Shown here one piece after another: positions 9,139-18,536 of a DNA stretch of 64,000 nucleotides (position 1 is the stretch's first letter; the number at the start of each line of letters is the position of its first letter). Position numbers and translations under genes: made by a program. The stretch covers positions 65,419-129,418 of the forward strand of contig CAZQFB010000001.1 in assembly GCA_964592525.1 (NCBI GenBank). The letters run 5' to 3'. Below the pieces are notes generated by a model. The model had not been told where the DNA came from, did not search any database, and was given only the letters and a program-made list of their open reading frames with translations. This DNA is from an uncultured Candidatus Saccharibacteria bacterium. Its GTDB lineage: Bacteria; Patescibacteriota; WWE3; CAZQFB01.

Positions 9139-10113
9139 CTAGTCTTCTTCAGAGGGAAGATCGGCTATTCTGGTGGGTATTTTGTTGAACATCTCTTGCG
9201 TGATCGTAAACACACGTTCATCCCCTTCCTTTTGCAGATAGTATTTGGTGTTATCTTGCGGGTTCCCGTTGGTAATGATGTTACCGACCAAAATAGTGGT
9301 GTCTTGCTCGTTCGCCGTGATAATAAATCTTTTAGCTGGGCTGTTAAATCCGGTTAATTCTTCTTCAAGACCTAAATTAACATCAACTGCTTTAAAGTTA
9401 CTCAACAGGGTGAGAAGAGGTGTCATGGCAGTTTCAGAAAGTTCTACTCTCAATGGTTTAGTGATTACCCATTTATCTTCTTGTCTTTCAACTACTAAGC
9501 CATTGCCATTTTCGCGACCCTCTATTTTAGCGATACTGTCTTTTCCTATGGTAAGTATTGTTAAGTCTCTCAACTCTGGTTGGTTAAAAGTCTGTCTGAT
9601 ATTTTCTGGATAAAGATAGACATAGGGCTCTCCCGCCTTTCTAATATAAGTGCTTAAAAAATCGGGACCAGCTTTACCCACGTAAAAATCAGCAATCACT
9701 TCGTCTTTGTTGTTAATACTTACTTTAATGCCCTTTTCATCAACCCCAAATTGCGCTTGATTAATTTCATTTTTGGAGACCAGCTCGGTTCTTTCAAGGG
9801 ATAAACTTTTGTTAATAATAGCTTCAATTAACAACTGATCAGCGGGAACATTATTGCTGGTTTCCACCAACCATTGCTCATCTTTTAGAGTGACTTTTTG
9901 TTCCAGGTTATTAATGATTATGGAAAGTTGGTTAATTTCTTGTTTATCATTGGTATTCAAGAAAGGAGTAGCTTTATCTGCTCTAATTATGTGAAAAGGA
10001 TCTTTAATTAGAATAATCATTAAGACTATTACTACTAAAGCACCAGAGAGCAAGTAGGTGGTGGTAATATTTGACGGCTTGGTTATATCTAGTTTTAAAT
10101 TATTCAAATACAT
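9139..10113 (-). CDS. DUF4340-like membrane-anchored protein, third gene of the ABC/GldG-type exporter cluster
   Basis: Single N-terminal TM segment then a soluble domain. Position and size match the DUF4340 gene that follows GldG-type auxiliary proteins. It overlaps the upstream gene by 14 nt. Confidence 0.4.
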   Translation of the reverse strand: MYLNNLKLDITKPSNITTTYLLSGALVVIVLMIILIKDPFHIIRADKATPFLNTNDKQEINQLSIIINNLEQKVTLKDEQWLVETSNNVPADQLLIEAIINKSLSLERTELVSKNEINQAQFGVDEKGIKVSINNKDEVIADFYVGKAGPDFLSTYIRKAGEPYVYLYPENIRQTFNQPELRDLTILTIGKDSIAKIEGRENGNGLVVERQEDKWVITKPLRVELSETAMTPLLTLLSNFKAVDVNLGLEEELTGFNSPAKRFIITANEQDTTILVGNIITNGNPQDNTKYYLQKEGDERVFTITQEMFNKIPTRIADLPSEED

Positions 10114-12346
10114 ACTTTTTTTTAGCCCGATAACGAGCTCTTACTATGCCAATGGTTAATATTACTAAGATTGGCATCACCATATTAATCAGTTTAATTT
10201 TATTGGTTTGGGTTTCAGTGTTGAAATTAATGAGCGGACGATTTAAATTGGCCTTACTTCTGATACCGATTAATCTTTCATCCTGGGTCATATAATCTAA
10301 GACATTAAGCGTAAAGATAAAGTTACTTTGCGTTCGTTGCAGCATTGAAGGCTCTAAGAAGTTGGCGTCGCCCACGACCATGATTTTGGCTGTTGGATTT
10401 TCCGTGTCTAGAGTGTACTCCTTTTCACCCAAATGGGCTGGGATATCTTCCGTTTTGAATTGAGTGGTATAGCCTCCTGTATAGAGAGCGGCTAATGTAT
10501 AGGGTCCCGCTAAGTCTTCTCTCTTAAAATTTTGTTCCGGAGAAAGGTTAAAAGGTTCTTCTTGGAGAAAACTTTCCTTTGATGATTCCAAGATAGGTAT
10601 TAAGTTTTCTTTATCCGGTGTTAACTCCAAACTACTGACCCAAGGTAACGTAACCGTATCTAATCTGTTTACCGTAATATGTTCCTTCATTCCCTCACCA
10701 ACAACTTTAACCCAAAAAGGGTAGGGGGTGATGATATTCCCAAAACCAGTATTGAAAGTGGCCAGATCTGCTGAAGAATCTAAAACGAGTTTATTGGTTA
10801 AGCCCACCCCAATTTGCTCTAGTAACTGATCCAAACCAGTATTATGGGGTGTAGCCGTAAGGTCATTAGCTACCGCCACACCTTCGGTGGTAATTAACAA
10901 ACCAGTGCCTCTAGTGACTAATTGGTCTAATGTAAATATTTCGTCTTTGGAAAGATCGGTTGGGTTGTGGATGATAATAGCCTTGAGGGCATCGGTGGTG
11001 GGGTTTAAAGACGTGAGCTCGATAAGTTGGGTCGTGTAGAGAGTAGAAAATAGTTCTTGGAGGTCTTGAGCAGTTTCTAAATTAGAGGAGAAGATACCTA
11101 CTACCGGATCAGTTTCCCTTAATAATCTTGTGGTAGCAGCTATGATCTCATATTCTAAGTTATTGGTATTGTTAATTACAGGTAGAACTTCTTTTTTATC
11201 AGCATAGGTAATAAGCATCCCCAAATAGCCGTTACTAACTTGAAAGCGGTCTCTTTCAATTTCATTAAATTGGAGAAGCGGTATGCCTAAGGTTTGTGTT
11301 TCTTGGGCGATAGTAGCTTTTTCTGCTACGTTGATATTTTTAATCACTAAATTACCTTCCGCACTATTTTGCATATCTTGAAGGAGGTCGGCAGCTTGTT
11401 GTTTGACTAAAGCATATTGAGGGGGTAGCTCCGGAGAAAAATAAGTATTAATACTAATAATATCGGGTAATTCTTTGAGGATATTTATTGTTTCTGGAGA
11501 AAGCGAGTTTTGTTTATTTTCGGTTAAATCCCATCTTAGCGGAGATAGGAACACCAAATAATTAAAAGCTAAAGCTAAAGCCAGAATGAGGGCAGCTTGT
11601 ATAGTTGTACTGTGCCAGAAAGAGTGAGTTGTTCTTTTCGTGCGCATGCTAAGTACAACAACATTAAGAGTAATAAATACAATTACTAAAGAAGTGAAAT
11701 AACTAATGTCTCTAAGATCTAATAAGCCTCTTAAACCATTTTCATAATGTGAGGCGGCACCCAGAAATACCGCTATTACTTGAATTATTTCTGGTAGTTG
11801 ACTGGTGATTAAAGTAGAACCCAAAAGATAAATAACGATCGCTAATATTAAGCTGATCATAAAAGCAGCTATCTGATTCTGGGTCAAAGAAGATATTAAT
11901 TGACCTAAAGCTACTAAAGTGGCACTAAATAAGAGAAGGTAAATATATCCAGAAAAAACCGTTCCCCAGCTAAGATTACCTAAAAGAGAAATGCTGAAAG
12001 GAATACTGAACGTCAGGATGACGGTCAGGAATAAGAACAGAAAACAGCCTATAAATTTACCCGCTACTGCTTGAATATTGGTGATAGGTAATGTTAGTAA
12101 CTGCTCGATCGTGCCAGATTTATTTTCCTCCGCCCACAGTCTCATCGTTAATGCCGGGATCATAATTAACAGTAACCAAGGAGCAATATTGAAAAATTCT
12201 CTCATGGAGGCTTGGTTCTGGATAAAAAAGCTGGTCCAAAACAACCAGTTGGTAAATAAAAAGAAGACACTTACAAAAATATATGCGGTGGGTGAATTAA
12301 AATAAAAATTGATTTCCCTTTTAGTTAAAGTTAAAACGGTTTTCAT
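10100..12346 (-). CDS. ABC-2 family permease fused to a GldG-like auxiliary domain
   Basis: The N-terminal roughly 240 aa has multiple hydrophobic helices (ABC-2 permease-like). The C-terminal roughly 480 aa is a periplasmic domain flanked by TM segments, resembling GldG (ABC-type gliding-motility-associated auxiliary component). Its start overlaps the stop of the ABC ATPase (ATGA). Confidence 0.55.
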   Translation of the reverse strand: MKTVLTLTKREINFYFNSPTAYIFVSVFFLFTNWLFWTSFFIQNQASMREFFNIAPWLLLIMIPALTMRLWAEENKSGTIEQLLTLPITNIQAVAGKFIGCFLFLFLTVILTFSIPFSISLLGNLSWGTVFSGYIYLLLFSATLVALGQLISSLTQNQIAAFMISLILAIVIYLLGSTLITSQLPEIIQVIAVFLGAASHYENGLRGLLDLRDISYFTSLVIVFITLNVVVLSMRTKRTTHSFWHSTTIQAALILALALAFNYLVFLSPLRWDLTENKQNSLSPETINILKELPDIISINTYFSPELPPQYALVKQQAADLLQDMQNSAEGNLVIKNINVAEKATIAQETQTLGIPLLQFNEIERDRFQVSNGYLGMLITYADKKEVLPVINNTNNLEYEIIAATTRLLRETDPVVGIFSSNLETAQDLQELFSTLYTTQLIELTSLNPTTDALKAIIIHNPTDLSKDEIFTLDQLVTRGTGLLITTEGVAVANDLTATPHNTGLDQLLEQIGVGLTNKLVLDSSADLATFNTGFGNIITPYPFWVKVVGEGMKEHITVNRLDTVTLPWVSSLELTPDKENLIPILESSKESFLQEEPFNLSPEQNFKREDLAGPYTLAALYTGGYTTQFKTEDIPAHLGEKEYTLDTENPTAKIMVVGDANFLEPSMLQRTQSNFIFTLNVLDYMTQDERLIGIRSKANLNRPLINFNTETQTNKIKLINMVMPILVILTIGIVRARYRAKKKYVFE

Positions 12347-13272
12347 GATTCTTTGGTAGTCAGGTTATGAAAAGTATCTTCTAATGAAGCTTGTTCTTCA
12401 TGTAATTCTAATAATTCAGCTTGGCAATTAACAGCTAGTTTGAAGATTTCGGTTCTGATATCTTCCTGGGAATTAACCTGATATCTAGTTATGCCCTTGC
12501 TGTCCTTTAATTCTTTAATTACAGTGACTCCTTTGAGCTGACCTAACTTATCTTTAGATAAACTGCCTTCCCGCCCTATTTTTATAGATAGAGTGTGCAT
12601 TCCGGAAGATTTTTTCTGTAATTCTTCGAGCGATCCTTCAGCCACAATAGTTCCTTGGTTAATAATTATGACCCGATTACATAAGGCAGCTGCTTCCGGC
12701 AGAATATGAGTACTGATGACAATTGTTTTGGTTTTTCCAATCTCTTTGATTAAATTTCGTATTTCCACAATTTGGTTGGGGTCCAGACCGGCAGTGGGTT
12801 CATCTAAAATTAAAATGTCAGGATTATGGATTAAGGTTTGGGCGAGCCCTAATCTTTGCCGATAACCTTTGGATAATACTGACACTGATTTATTGATGAC
12901 CTCTTTTATTCCGCAAATAGCTGCTACTCTCGTAATGGCGCTTTTGTGGTCTGGGGAGGGTATCTTTCTTAACGCCGCAATGAAATGGAGATATTCACTA
13001 ACCAGCATGTCGGTATAAAGAGGATTTTGTTCAGGTAAATAACCTAAAATCCTTTTTATCTGCAGAGGGTTTTTTTCGACAGTTAAATTATTTATTAATA
13101 CCTGACCTTTAGTGGGACTAATGTAACCAGTGATTATTCTCATGGTAGTTGTTTTACCAGCGCCATTAGGTCCTAAAAATCCCACAATTTCAGAGGGGGT
13201 AACTTTAAAAGAGATATCCTTCAGTACCGTTACTGGTCCAAAGTCTTTGCTGATATTAATAAGTTCAATCAT
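12343..13272 (-). CDS. ABC transporter ATP-binding protein (GldA-like)
   Basis: Walker A GPNGAGKTTTMRII, ABC signature LSKGYRQRLGLAQ, Walker B ILILDEPTAGLD. Confidence 0.85.
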   Translation of the reverse strand: MIELINISKDFGPVTVLKDISFKVTPSEIVGFLGPNGAGKTTTMRIITGYISPTKGQVLINNLTVEKNPLQIKRILGYLPEQNPLYTDMLVSEYLHFIAALRKIPSPDHKSAITRVAAICGIKEVINKSVSVLSKGYRQRLGLAQTLIHNPDILILDEPTAGLDPNQIVEIRNLIKEIGKTKTIVISTHILPEAAALCNRVIIINQGTIVAEGSLEELQKKSSGMHTLSIKIGREGSLSKDKLGQLKGVTVIKELKDSKGITRYQVNSQEDIRTEIFKLAVNCQAELLELHEEQASLEDTFHNLTTKES

Positions 13273-13327
13273 TGCTAGGTTGGTATTTTAATTTTTTTCC
13301 CACTGTAATTCAAGCTTAACACACAAG

Positions 13328-13630
13328 ATGTTTGCTGGGATTAATATCCCCTGCTACAATTTCAAAACGATGAAACCACATCTTATTTTTGCCAATCCTC
13401 AAAGATGTACTGGTTGCGGTTTATGTTCTTTACACGCCTACCCCTTATTGAAAGGTCTTGGAGTTTTTTCTCTAGCCCTGTCGCCAATTATTGTGCAACG
13501 TTCCTCCCCTTCTACAGGGTATTATTTTACGGTGCATTTTGATGAAGCTTTAAGTCATGAGCTTTACTCATTGGTTAAAGTATGTCCTCGCGGTTGCTTT
13601 TCTTGGCAAGAGGGGTCTAAGGATGAGTGA
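13328..13630 (+). CDS. Small ferredoxin-like protein with degenerate 4Fe-4S motifs
   Basis: CTGCGLC ... KVCPRGC resembles the layout of 2x[4Fe-4S] ferredoxins encoded next to AOR genes (CxxCxxCxxxCP ... CP), but several Cys ligands are missing. The start could be the internal Met (MKPHL). Confidence 0.35.
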   Translation: MFAGINIPCYNFKTMKPHLIFANPQRCTGCGLCSLHAYPLLKGLGVFSLALSPIIVQRSSPSTGYYFTVHFDEALSHELYSLVKVCPRGCFSWQEGSKDE

Positions 13631-15275
13631 TATTACACAGCATCGGGTGTTGTACCTTGATCTGACTAATCATAGTAGTGAGATTAAGGTGCATTCAGAT
13701 TATTCTGATACCTTAGGTGGTCTTGGTTTAGCGATGGTCTTATTCCACGATTTAGTTGAGAAACAACCCATTATCATCAGCATTGGTCCTTTGACCGGGT
13801 TATTTCCATTTGCGAGTAGTACCTGTGCCCTATACACATCTCCTTTAACACACTCTGTGGGAGAAAGTTATGTTAATGGTTGGTGGGGTGCGTGTATGAA
13901 ATTTGCAAAGTTAGATGCTGTGGTGATTACAGGTGTATCTAAATATCCAGTTTATATTACTATCGCTGAAGATAAAGTTTATTTTAAAGACGCTTCCTTG
14001 CTCTGGGGTTTAGGTACTGGGGACGCTACTAACAAGCTTAGGGAAATGGAAGGTACTCCAGGAATAACTAGTATTGCCGTTATTGGTCAAGCTGGTGAGA
14101 AACAAGTGTGTTTTTCGGAGGTTGTGGTAGATGAAGTATATCGTTTTAAAAGATTTGGGTTGGGTTGCCAGTTTGGTATGAGAGGCTTGAAGGGTATAGT
14201 GTTGTCGGGTTTTGAGGAAATTAAGGTAGCTGATGCGGATAGGTATCAGCAGGTTTATTCTGAACTTAAGACGGCAGTTTTAAATGAGGGTGCCTCTAAA
14301 TTACTGCCTAATTTTATTAGCGAGATATCCTTAGCAGGCTTAAACTATCAACAAGAATGTGCTGGTTTACCTTTTAAAAATTTAAGTTCTACTCGGGCTG
14401 ATTGTTTTCTGGATATAAATAATTTCAACCAATTATTTTCTACCCAGCTGTTTTCTTCTTTTGGGGCACCTCTGCCTGATCTCTTGGCAGTGACCAGTGA
14501 TCGTAGTTGTATCCCCCTGGATTATGAAAGTATTGTGAGTTTGGGTTTTATGTTAGGGATAACCGATATTAAACATATTGTTCAGTTAATTAATACTGCT
14601 CATCAATACGGGTTAGATCCAGTGTCTTTAGGTGCTGCTTTAGCTTATCTTACCGAGTTAAAAGGAATTTCTTATGGTAAGGTTGAAGTTTATCAAACGC
14701 TGCTTGATAGCTTAGTGTCTAAACGAGAAGATTGGGCTATATTATTGAGTAAGGGTGTAATGGCAGCGGTTTCAGAATTTGGTGGTTTTGAGCACACCTT
14801 TATGTTAAATGGTATGGAAGCGGAACCTTTCCATAATGGTTACGCTACTCTTCTTTCGCAACTGTTAAACCCAGCTGTAACGTTAAGACAAGCTGAAGGC
14901 GAGCAAATTGATATTGGTTTGAGGGGTTGTGAGTTTAAAGACGAAGACTTGATCGATTTAATACATTCAAAAATTTTAGCTTCATACTTTTTTGATAGTT
15001 TATTAATTGATTACCCTGCTCGTTCTCTATATGCAGAAGGAGCTTTTGTGAGTAATGCTTTGCGGTCTGTTGGTTTATCTTATAGCCCAGAAAGAGTGGA
15101 AAAGATTATCTTGGGTTTGTATGATTTAAAGAGAGAATTGGTTGCTCAACTGCCACTTAAAATTAGGGACAGGAAATGGTCGCCCAGATTTTTTTCTACT
15201 CCTAGTGCTTATGGTATGTTACGCGAGGATAGAATGGTTAATTTAATTACTTTGTTCCAGAATAAATATCTATGA
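13623..15275 (+). CDS. Aldehyde:ferredoxin oxidoreductase (AOR)-family protein lacking the canonical Fe-S cysteine ligands
   Basis: Clear AFOR_N-like N-terminus (GGLGLAMVL, GPLTG, SPLT, WWGACMKFAKLDAVVITG, PVYITIAEDKVYFKDASLLWG) and FGLGCQFGMRGLKGIVLSG. There are no CxxC/CxxxC motifs in the C-terminal half. The start is taken at the internal MSDITQH. Confidence 0.6.
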   Translation: MSDITQHRVLYLDLTNHSSEIKVHSDYSDTLGGLGLAMVLFHDLVEKQPIIISIGPLTGLFPFASSTCALYTSPLTHSVGESYVNGWWGACMKFAKLDAVVITGVSKYPVYITIAEDKVYFKDASLLWGLGTGDATNKLREMEGTPGITSIAVIGQAGEKQVCFSEVVVDEVYRFKRFGLGCQFGMRGLKGIVLSGFEEIKVADADRYQQVYSELKTAVLNEGASKLLPNFISEISLAGLNYQQECAGLPFKNLSSTRADCFLDINNFNQLFSTQLFSSFGAPLPDLLAVTSDRSCIPLDYESIVSLGFMLGITDIKHIVQLINTAHQYGLDPVSLGAALAYLTELKGISYGKVEVYQTLLDSLVSKREDWAILLSKGVMAAVSEFGGFEHTFMLNGMEAEPFHNGYATLLSQLLNPAVTLRQAEGEQIDIGLRGCEFKDEDLIDLIHSKILASYFFDSLLIDYPARSLYAEGAFVSNALRSVGLSYSPERVEKIILGLYDLKRELVAQLPLKIRDRKWSPRFFSTPSAYGMLREDRMVNLITLFQNKYL

Positions 15276-16300
15276 TTCGAGGTGACCGTCGGCAAATAAA
15301 TTTTAAAATAGTTGTGGTTATTCTTGCTTTATTGTTATTGGTTGTTTTGGTGCTCATTAAAAGAGACCCCCTTGGCTTTGTTCTATCCCCACTAAAAGTG
15401 TTTTCTAAATTATCTGGGGAAGCTTCACTGGTAGAAAAAGAAGGCTATACTCACATCTTATTGGTGGGATTAGACCGTCGTATGACGGATATGACTCCAG
15501 GTGGTCTGAATGATACTTTGGTTGTTGCGTCTATTAGTCCGGAAAAGCAAAGAATTGTGCTGACCACAATACCAAGAGATCTTTGGGTACCAATGAGTGG
15601 TGATTATCAAGGAAAAATAAACTCTGCCTTTGGTTATGGGGGAATTGAAGAAGTTATTAATGTTGTTCGAGGAATATTGGGTATTCCCATTCATTATTAT
15701 GTTTCTGTTGATTTTAAAGGTTTTAAAATGGGAGTTGATATTTTGGGGGGATTAGATGTATATGTCGAGCAATCCTTTGATGATTATAAGTTTCCGATAG
15801 AAGGAAAAGAAGATGCTCCAGAAGAAGCTGATCGTTATGAACACATTCATTTTGATCGTGGTTGGCAGCATATGGATGGTGAAACAGCCCTCCGCTTTGC
15901 GCGTTCCAGAAATGCGGTTGGTCCGGAAGGATCTGATTTTGCACGAAGCGAACGCCAAAAGAAAGTGCTTCTGGCAGCGAAGGAAAAAGCTTTATCTGCT
16001 TCTACGCTGTTTAATCCGGTTAAATTAAAAGAACTGTATGAATTATTTGGAGCTACAGTTGGCACAGATATCACGATCAGTGAAGTGCAAAGCTTATACC
16101 AGTTGGTTCGGGAGATACCTAACGAAAATATTCTTTCCGTGACTGTTGATCATACTTCCAGTTCAGGTCAACGGTTTTTGTATACACCACAAGATTTAAT
16201 GCCTTATGATGGCGCGTGGGTTTTAGTGCCTACTGTTGGTGATTTTAGCGAAATCCAAGAATATCTTAAGCAACTTCTTTTTACAGAATATTCTAATTAA
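15272..16300 (+). CDS. LytR-CpsA-Psr (LCP) family cell-envelope phosphotransferase
   Basis: N-terminal TM segment, HILLVGLDRR ... DTLVVASISPEKQRIVLTTIPRDLWV ... INSAFGYGG, a typical LCP core. Confidence 0.75.
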   Translation: MIRGDRRQINFKIVVVILALLLLVVLVLIKRDPLGFVLSPLKVFSKLSGEASLVEKEGYTHILLVGLDRRMTDMTPGGLNDTLVVASISPEKQRIVLTTIPRDLWVPMSGDYQGKINSAFGYGGIEEVINVVRGILGIPIHYYVSVDFKGFKMGVDILGGLDVYVEQSFDDYKFPIEGKEDAPEEADRYEHIHFDRGWQHMDGETALRFARSRNAVGPEGSDFARSERQKKVLLAAKEKALSASTLFNPVKLKELYELFGATVGTDITISEVQSLYQLVREIPNENILSVTVDHTSSSGQRFLYTPQDLMPYDGAWVLVPTVGDFSEIQEYLKQLLFTEYSN

Positions 16301-16987
16301 ATGTTGTATCTCTATCACGGAGCTGATCCAACTATCAGTCGACGTTTATTAACCGATTTTATCTCTGGGCATGAGCAGAAAAACCCACTACGCCTAGCTG
16401 TTACTGATGTAACATTATCGGCGCTGAAAGAGGTGTTACTACCCCAGCCGATGTTTGGGCAAAAGACACTTCTTATAATTGAAGGCGACCCAGTCAAAAT
16501 TAAAGAGGAAATGCTCTCTTTTCTGGCGACTCCTTCTCCACATGCCGATGTTGTTTTTTGGTTTAGTGATAAGTTAGGGAAAACAGATCAGTTATTTAAA
16601 TTAATCGCTCAAAGAGGGCAGGTGTTTGAAGGAAATGGTGCTGCGGTGCCAGAAGAAATATTTTCTTTTTTAGATAAAGTGTCGCAAAGAGATAAAGTGG
16701 CTATGCAACAAGAGCTGTTATTACTTACCCAACAAGGGTCAGAAGCATATTATTTACTAAGCATGATTATTTGGCAGTATCGTAATCTTCTTGGTGCTCA
16801 CTTTGATACTAAATATATGCGCACTATCCATCCCTATGTTCTCAAAAAAGCTAAAACTGCTCAAAAAAAATTTACTCGTCAAGAACTCTTGCGTCATTAT
16901 CAGTTTTTGTTAGAGTGTGATCGCCTTATTAAGCATGGTACTCTTAGTAGGGATGATGCAATTTTTTCTTTATTATTGAAGTTATGA
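16301..16987 (+). CDS. holA: DNA polymerase III delta subunit (HolA)-like, short form
   Basis: The N-terminal LYLYHG.D motif and overall length/helical C-terminus resemble short HolA proteins. The similarity is weak. Confidence 0.35.
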   Translation: MLYLYHGADPTISRRLLTDFISGHEQKNPLRLAVTDVTLSALKEVLLPQPMFGQKTLLIIEGDPVKIKEEMLSFLATPSPHADVVFWFSDKLGKTDQLFKLIAQRGQVFEGNGAAVPEEIFSFLDKVSQRDKVAMQQELLLLTQQGSEAYYLLSMIIWQYRNLLGAHFDTKYMRTIHPYVLKKAKTAQKKFTRQELLRHYQFLLECDRLIKHGTLSRDDAIFSLLLKL

Positions 16988-17682
16988 TGGAAGTAACAAG
17001 ATACATTAAAAGGACCCCACGTGATTTGGTGGTAGCCGAAAAAAGGAAGGTTCGATATTTCATTAATTTGTTTAGCTCTGTGCTTTTCTTTATGGGTTTG
17101 GTGGTGTTAACTTATCAGTATGTTTCTCCTTTGCAAAGTATGGCTTCCAAAGCAGTTCACCTTAGACCTGTTCCCGATGAGTATTTAAATCAGCTAATCT
17201 CCAGTCACAGGGATTTTGCTTTTTTGGAGTTGCAGAATGAGTTGGAATATCTGGAGGGTAATTACCCACCTGAATTTTCTCTTAGTATTCCGAATTTAGA
17301 GCTTTATGACCTGCGCGTGGAGACCAACAGTCATTCTCTTTCGCCTAATGAGGCTCTAGGTCATTTATCGGGTAGTGCTTATCCTGGTCGTGTGGGGAAA
17401 GTAGTTATTTATGGTCATTCAACGATACCTTTTTTGTTTGACTCCAAGGATTATCGAACCGTTTTTTCTCGCCTTGATAAATTAAATACTGGTAACCTAA
17501 TAACCGTTGATTTTGCCGGGCAGGTTTATACTTATATTGTTAAATCAAACCAAATAAGCCTGCCACAGGAACTAAATTTAAACTCTTTTTCTCGTAATCA
17601 GAGTAACTTGGTACTAATTACTTGTTATCCTTTTGGGTCAACAGAGCAACGGTTGGTAGTGGTTGCTGACTTAGTTAATTAG
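16984..17682 (+). CDS. Sortase-family transpeptidase
   Basis: N-terminal TM segment; LSIPNLELYDLRV; a His motif GKVVIYGHS; FSRLDKLNTGNLITV; the catalytic Cys motif LVLITCYP; a downstream Arg. Confidence 0.75.
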   Translation: MMEVTRYIKRTPRDLVVAEKRKVRYFINLFSSVLFFMGLVVLTYQYVSPLQSMASKAVHLRPVPDEYLNQLISSHRDFAFLELQNELEYLEGNYPPEFSLSIPNLELYDLRVETNSHSLSPNEALGHLSGSAYPGRVGKVVIYGHSTIPFLFDSKDYRTVFSRLDKLNTGNLITVDFAGQVYTYIVKSNQISLPQELNLNSFSRNQSNLVLITCYPFGSTEQRLVVVADLVN

Positions 17683-18536
17683 AGGACGGCTAATTTTAAC
17701 AATTGTTTTCTAAGCCACACTTTAGCTGCAGAATCTCTTTTTTGTACTACGCCCAGGTTAATATTGATTCCCTTGACTAGGTCTTGCTTGGTTAAATCTT
17801 CAATACGTCCTTGAGGCGTTAACTTGATTGTGGGAGAAGGTTGTGATTGCTTGGTATTGATTATAATACTGGCTGTTTCCTCATTGACTCCTATCGCGGA
17901 AATCTCTAATTGATCTGTTTCGTGGGAATAAAAAAAAGGTCCCAGCCAGTTATTAGTGAGGGCGTCTTGGAGATTAATGGAGTAAATCCCTTCTGGGTTA
18001 GTGATAGCTGATAATTGGGAGGAAATACCAGACGTGCCTTGAGCATCAGCATCTTTGATGACCAAATAGACTAAAGCGTTTTCTACCGGTTCATTAGTTA
18101 TATCAATAACTTGACCGAAAACGCGATGTGGCTCCCCCAGATTATTTTTGAAAGCTGTTTTGATCATTGATGTTTTTGATATTTCGTATTGCTGTTTACC
18201 TACGCCAATCAACACCTCATAGACAGTGTTTGGTTGGAGCCCATCAATAGTGAGATGGTGGTTAGTGGCAAGATAGGGAGAAAAATCTTCCCATTGTTGG
18301 TTGTTATTAGTGAGGGTTAGATAACCAGTAGTTGGAATTTCTGTATGCCAAGATACGGTAAGAGCAGTGGCGGTCACGTTGGTTATTCTGACATGACCGG
18401 GTTTTTGGGTAACGTTAGCGGAGGTAAAAAGAATAAGCGCGGTTTTTCCCACGCGGGCAACTGCAAAAGTACCCAGTCCGAGAAAAACTAAAATAAGAAA
18501 AGTTTTAAATCCTTTTTGGGGTGGTTCATAGTTCAT
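17679..18536 (-). CDS. Secreted fibronectin-III / carboxypeptidase-regulatory-like domain protein
   Basis: Signal/TM N-terminus, an FN3-like segment (VTATALTVSWH ... LQPNTVYEV) and GQVIDITNEPVENALVYL (CarboxypepD_reg-like). It overlaps the large surface protein gene by 4 nt. Confidence 0.45.
   Translation of the reverse strand: MNYEPPQKGFKTFLILVFLGLGTFAVARVGKTALILFTSANVTQKPGHVRITNVTATALTVSWHTEIPTTGYLTLTNNNQQWEDFSPYLATNHHLTIDGLQPNTVYEVLIGVGKQQYEISKTSMIKTAFKNNLGEPHRVFGQVIDITNEPVENALVYLVIKDADAQGTSGISSQLSAITNPEGIYSINLQDALTNNWLGPFFYSHETDQLEISAIGVNEETASIIINTKQSQPSPTIKLTPQGRIEDLTKQDLVKGININLGVVQKRDSAAKVWLRKQLLKLAVL

Noticed and set aside
8150-9613. Small ORFs overlapping gap and the DUF4340 gene (8150-8377, 8154-8384, 8497-8790, 8516-8833, 8834-9079, 9097-9357, 9245-9613)
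   Set aside because: Embedded in or antisense to better-supported CDSs; the translations look random.
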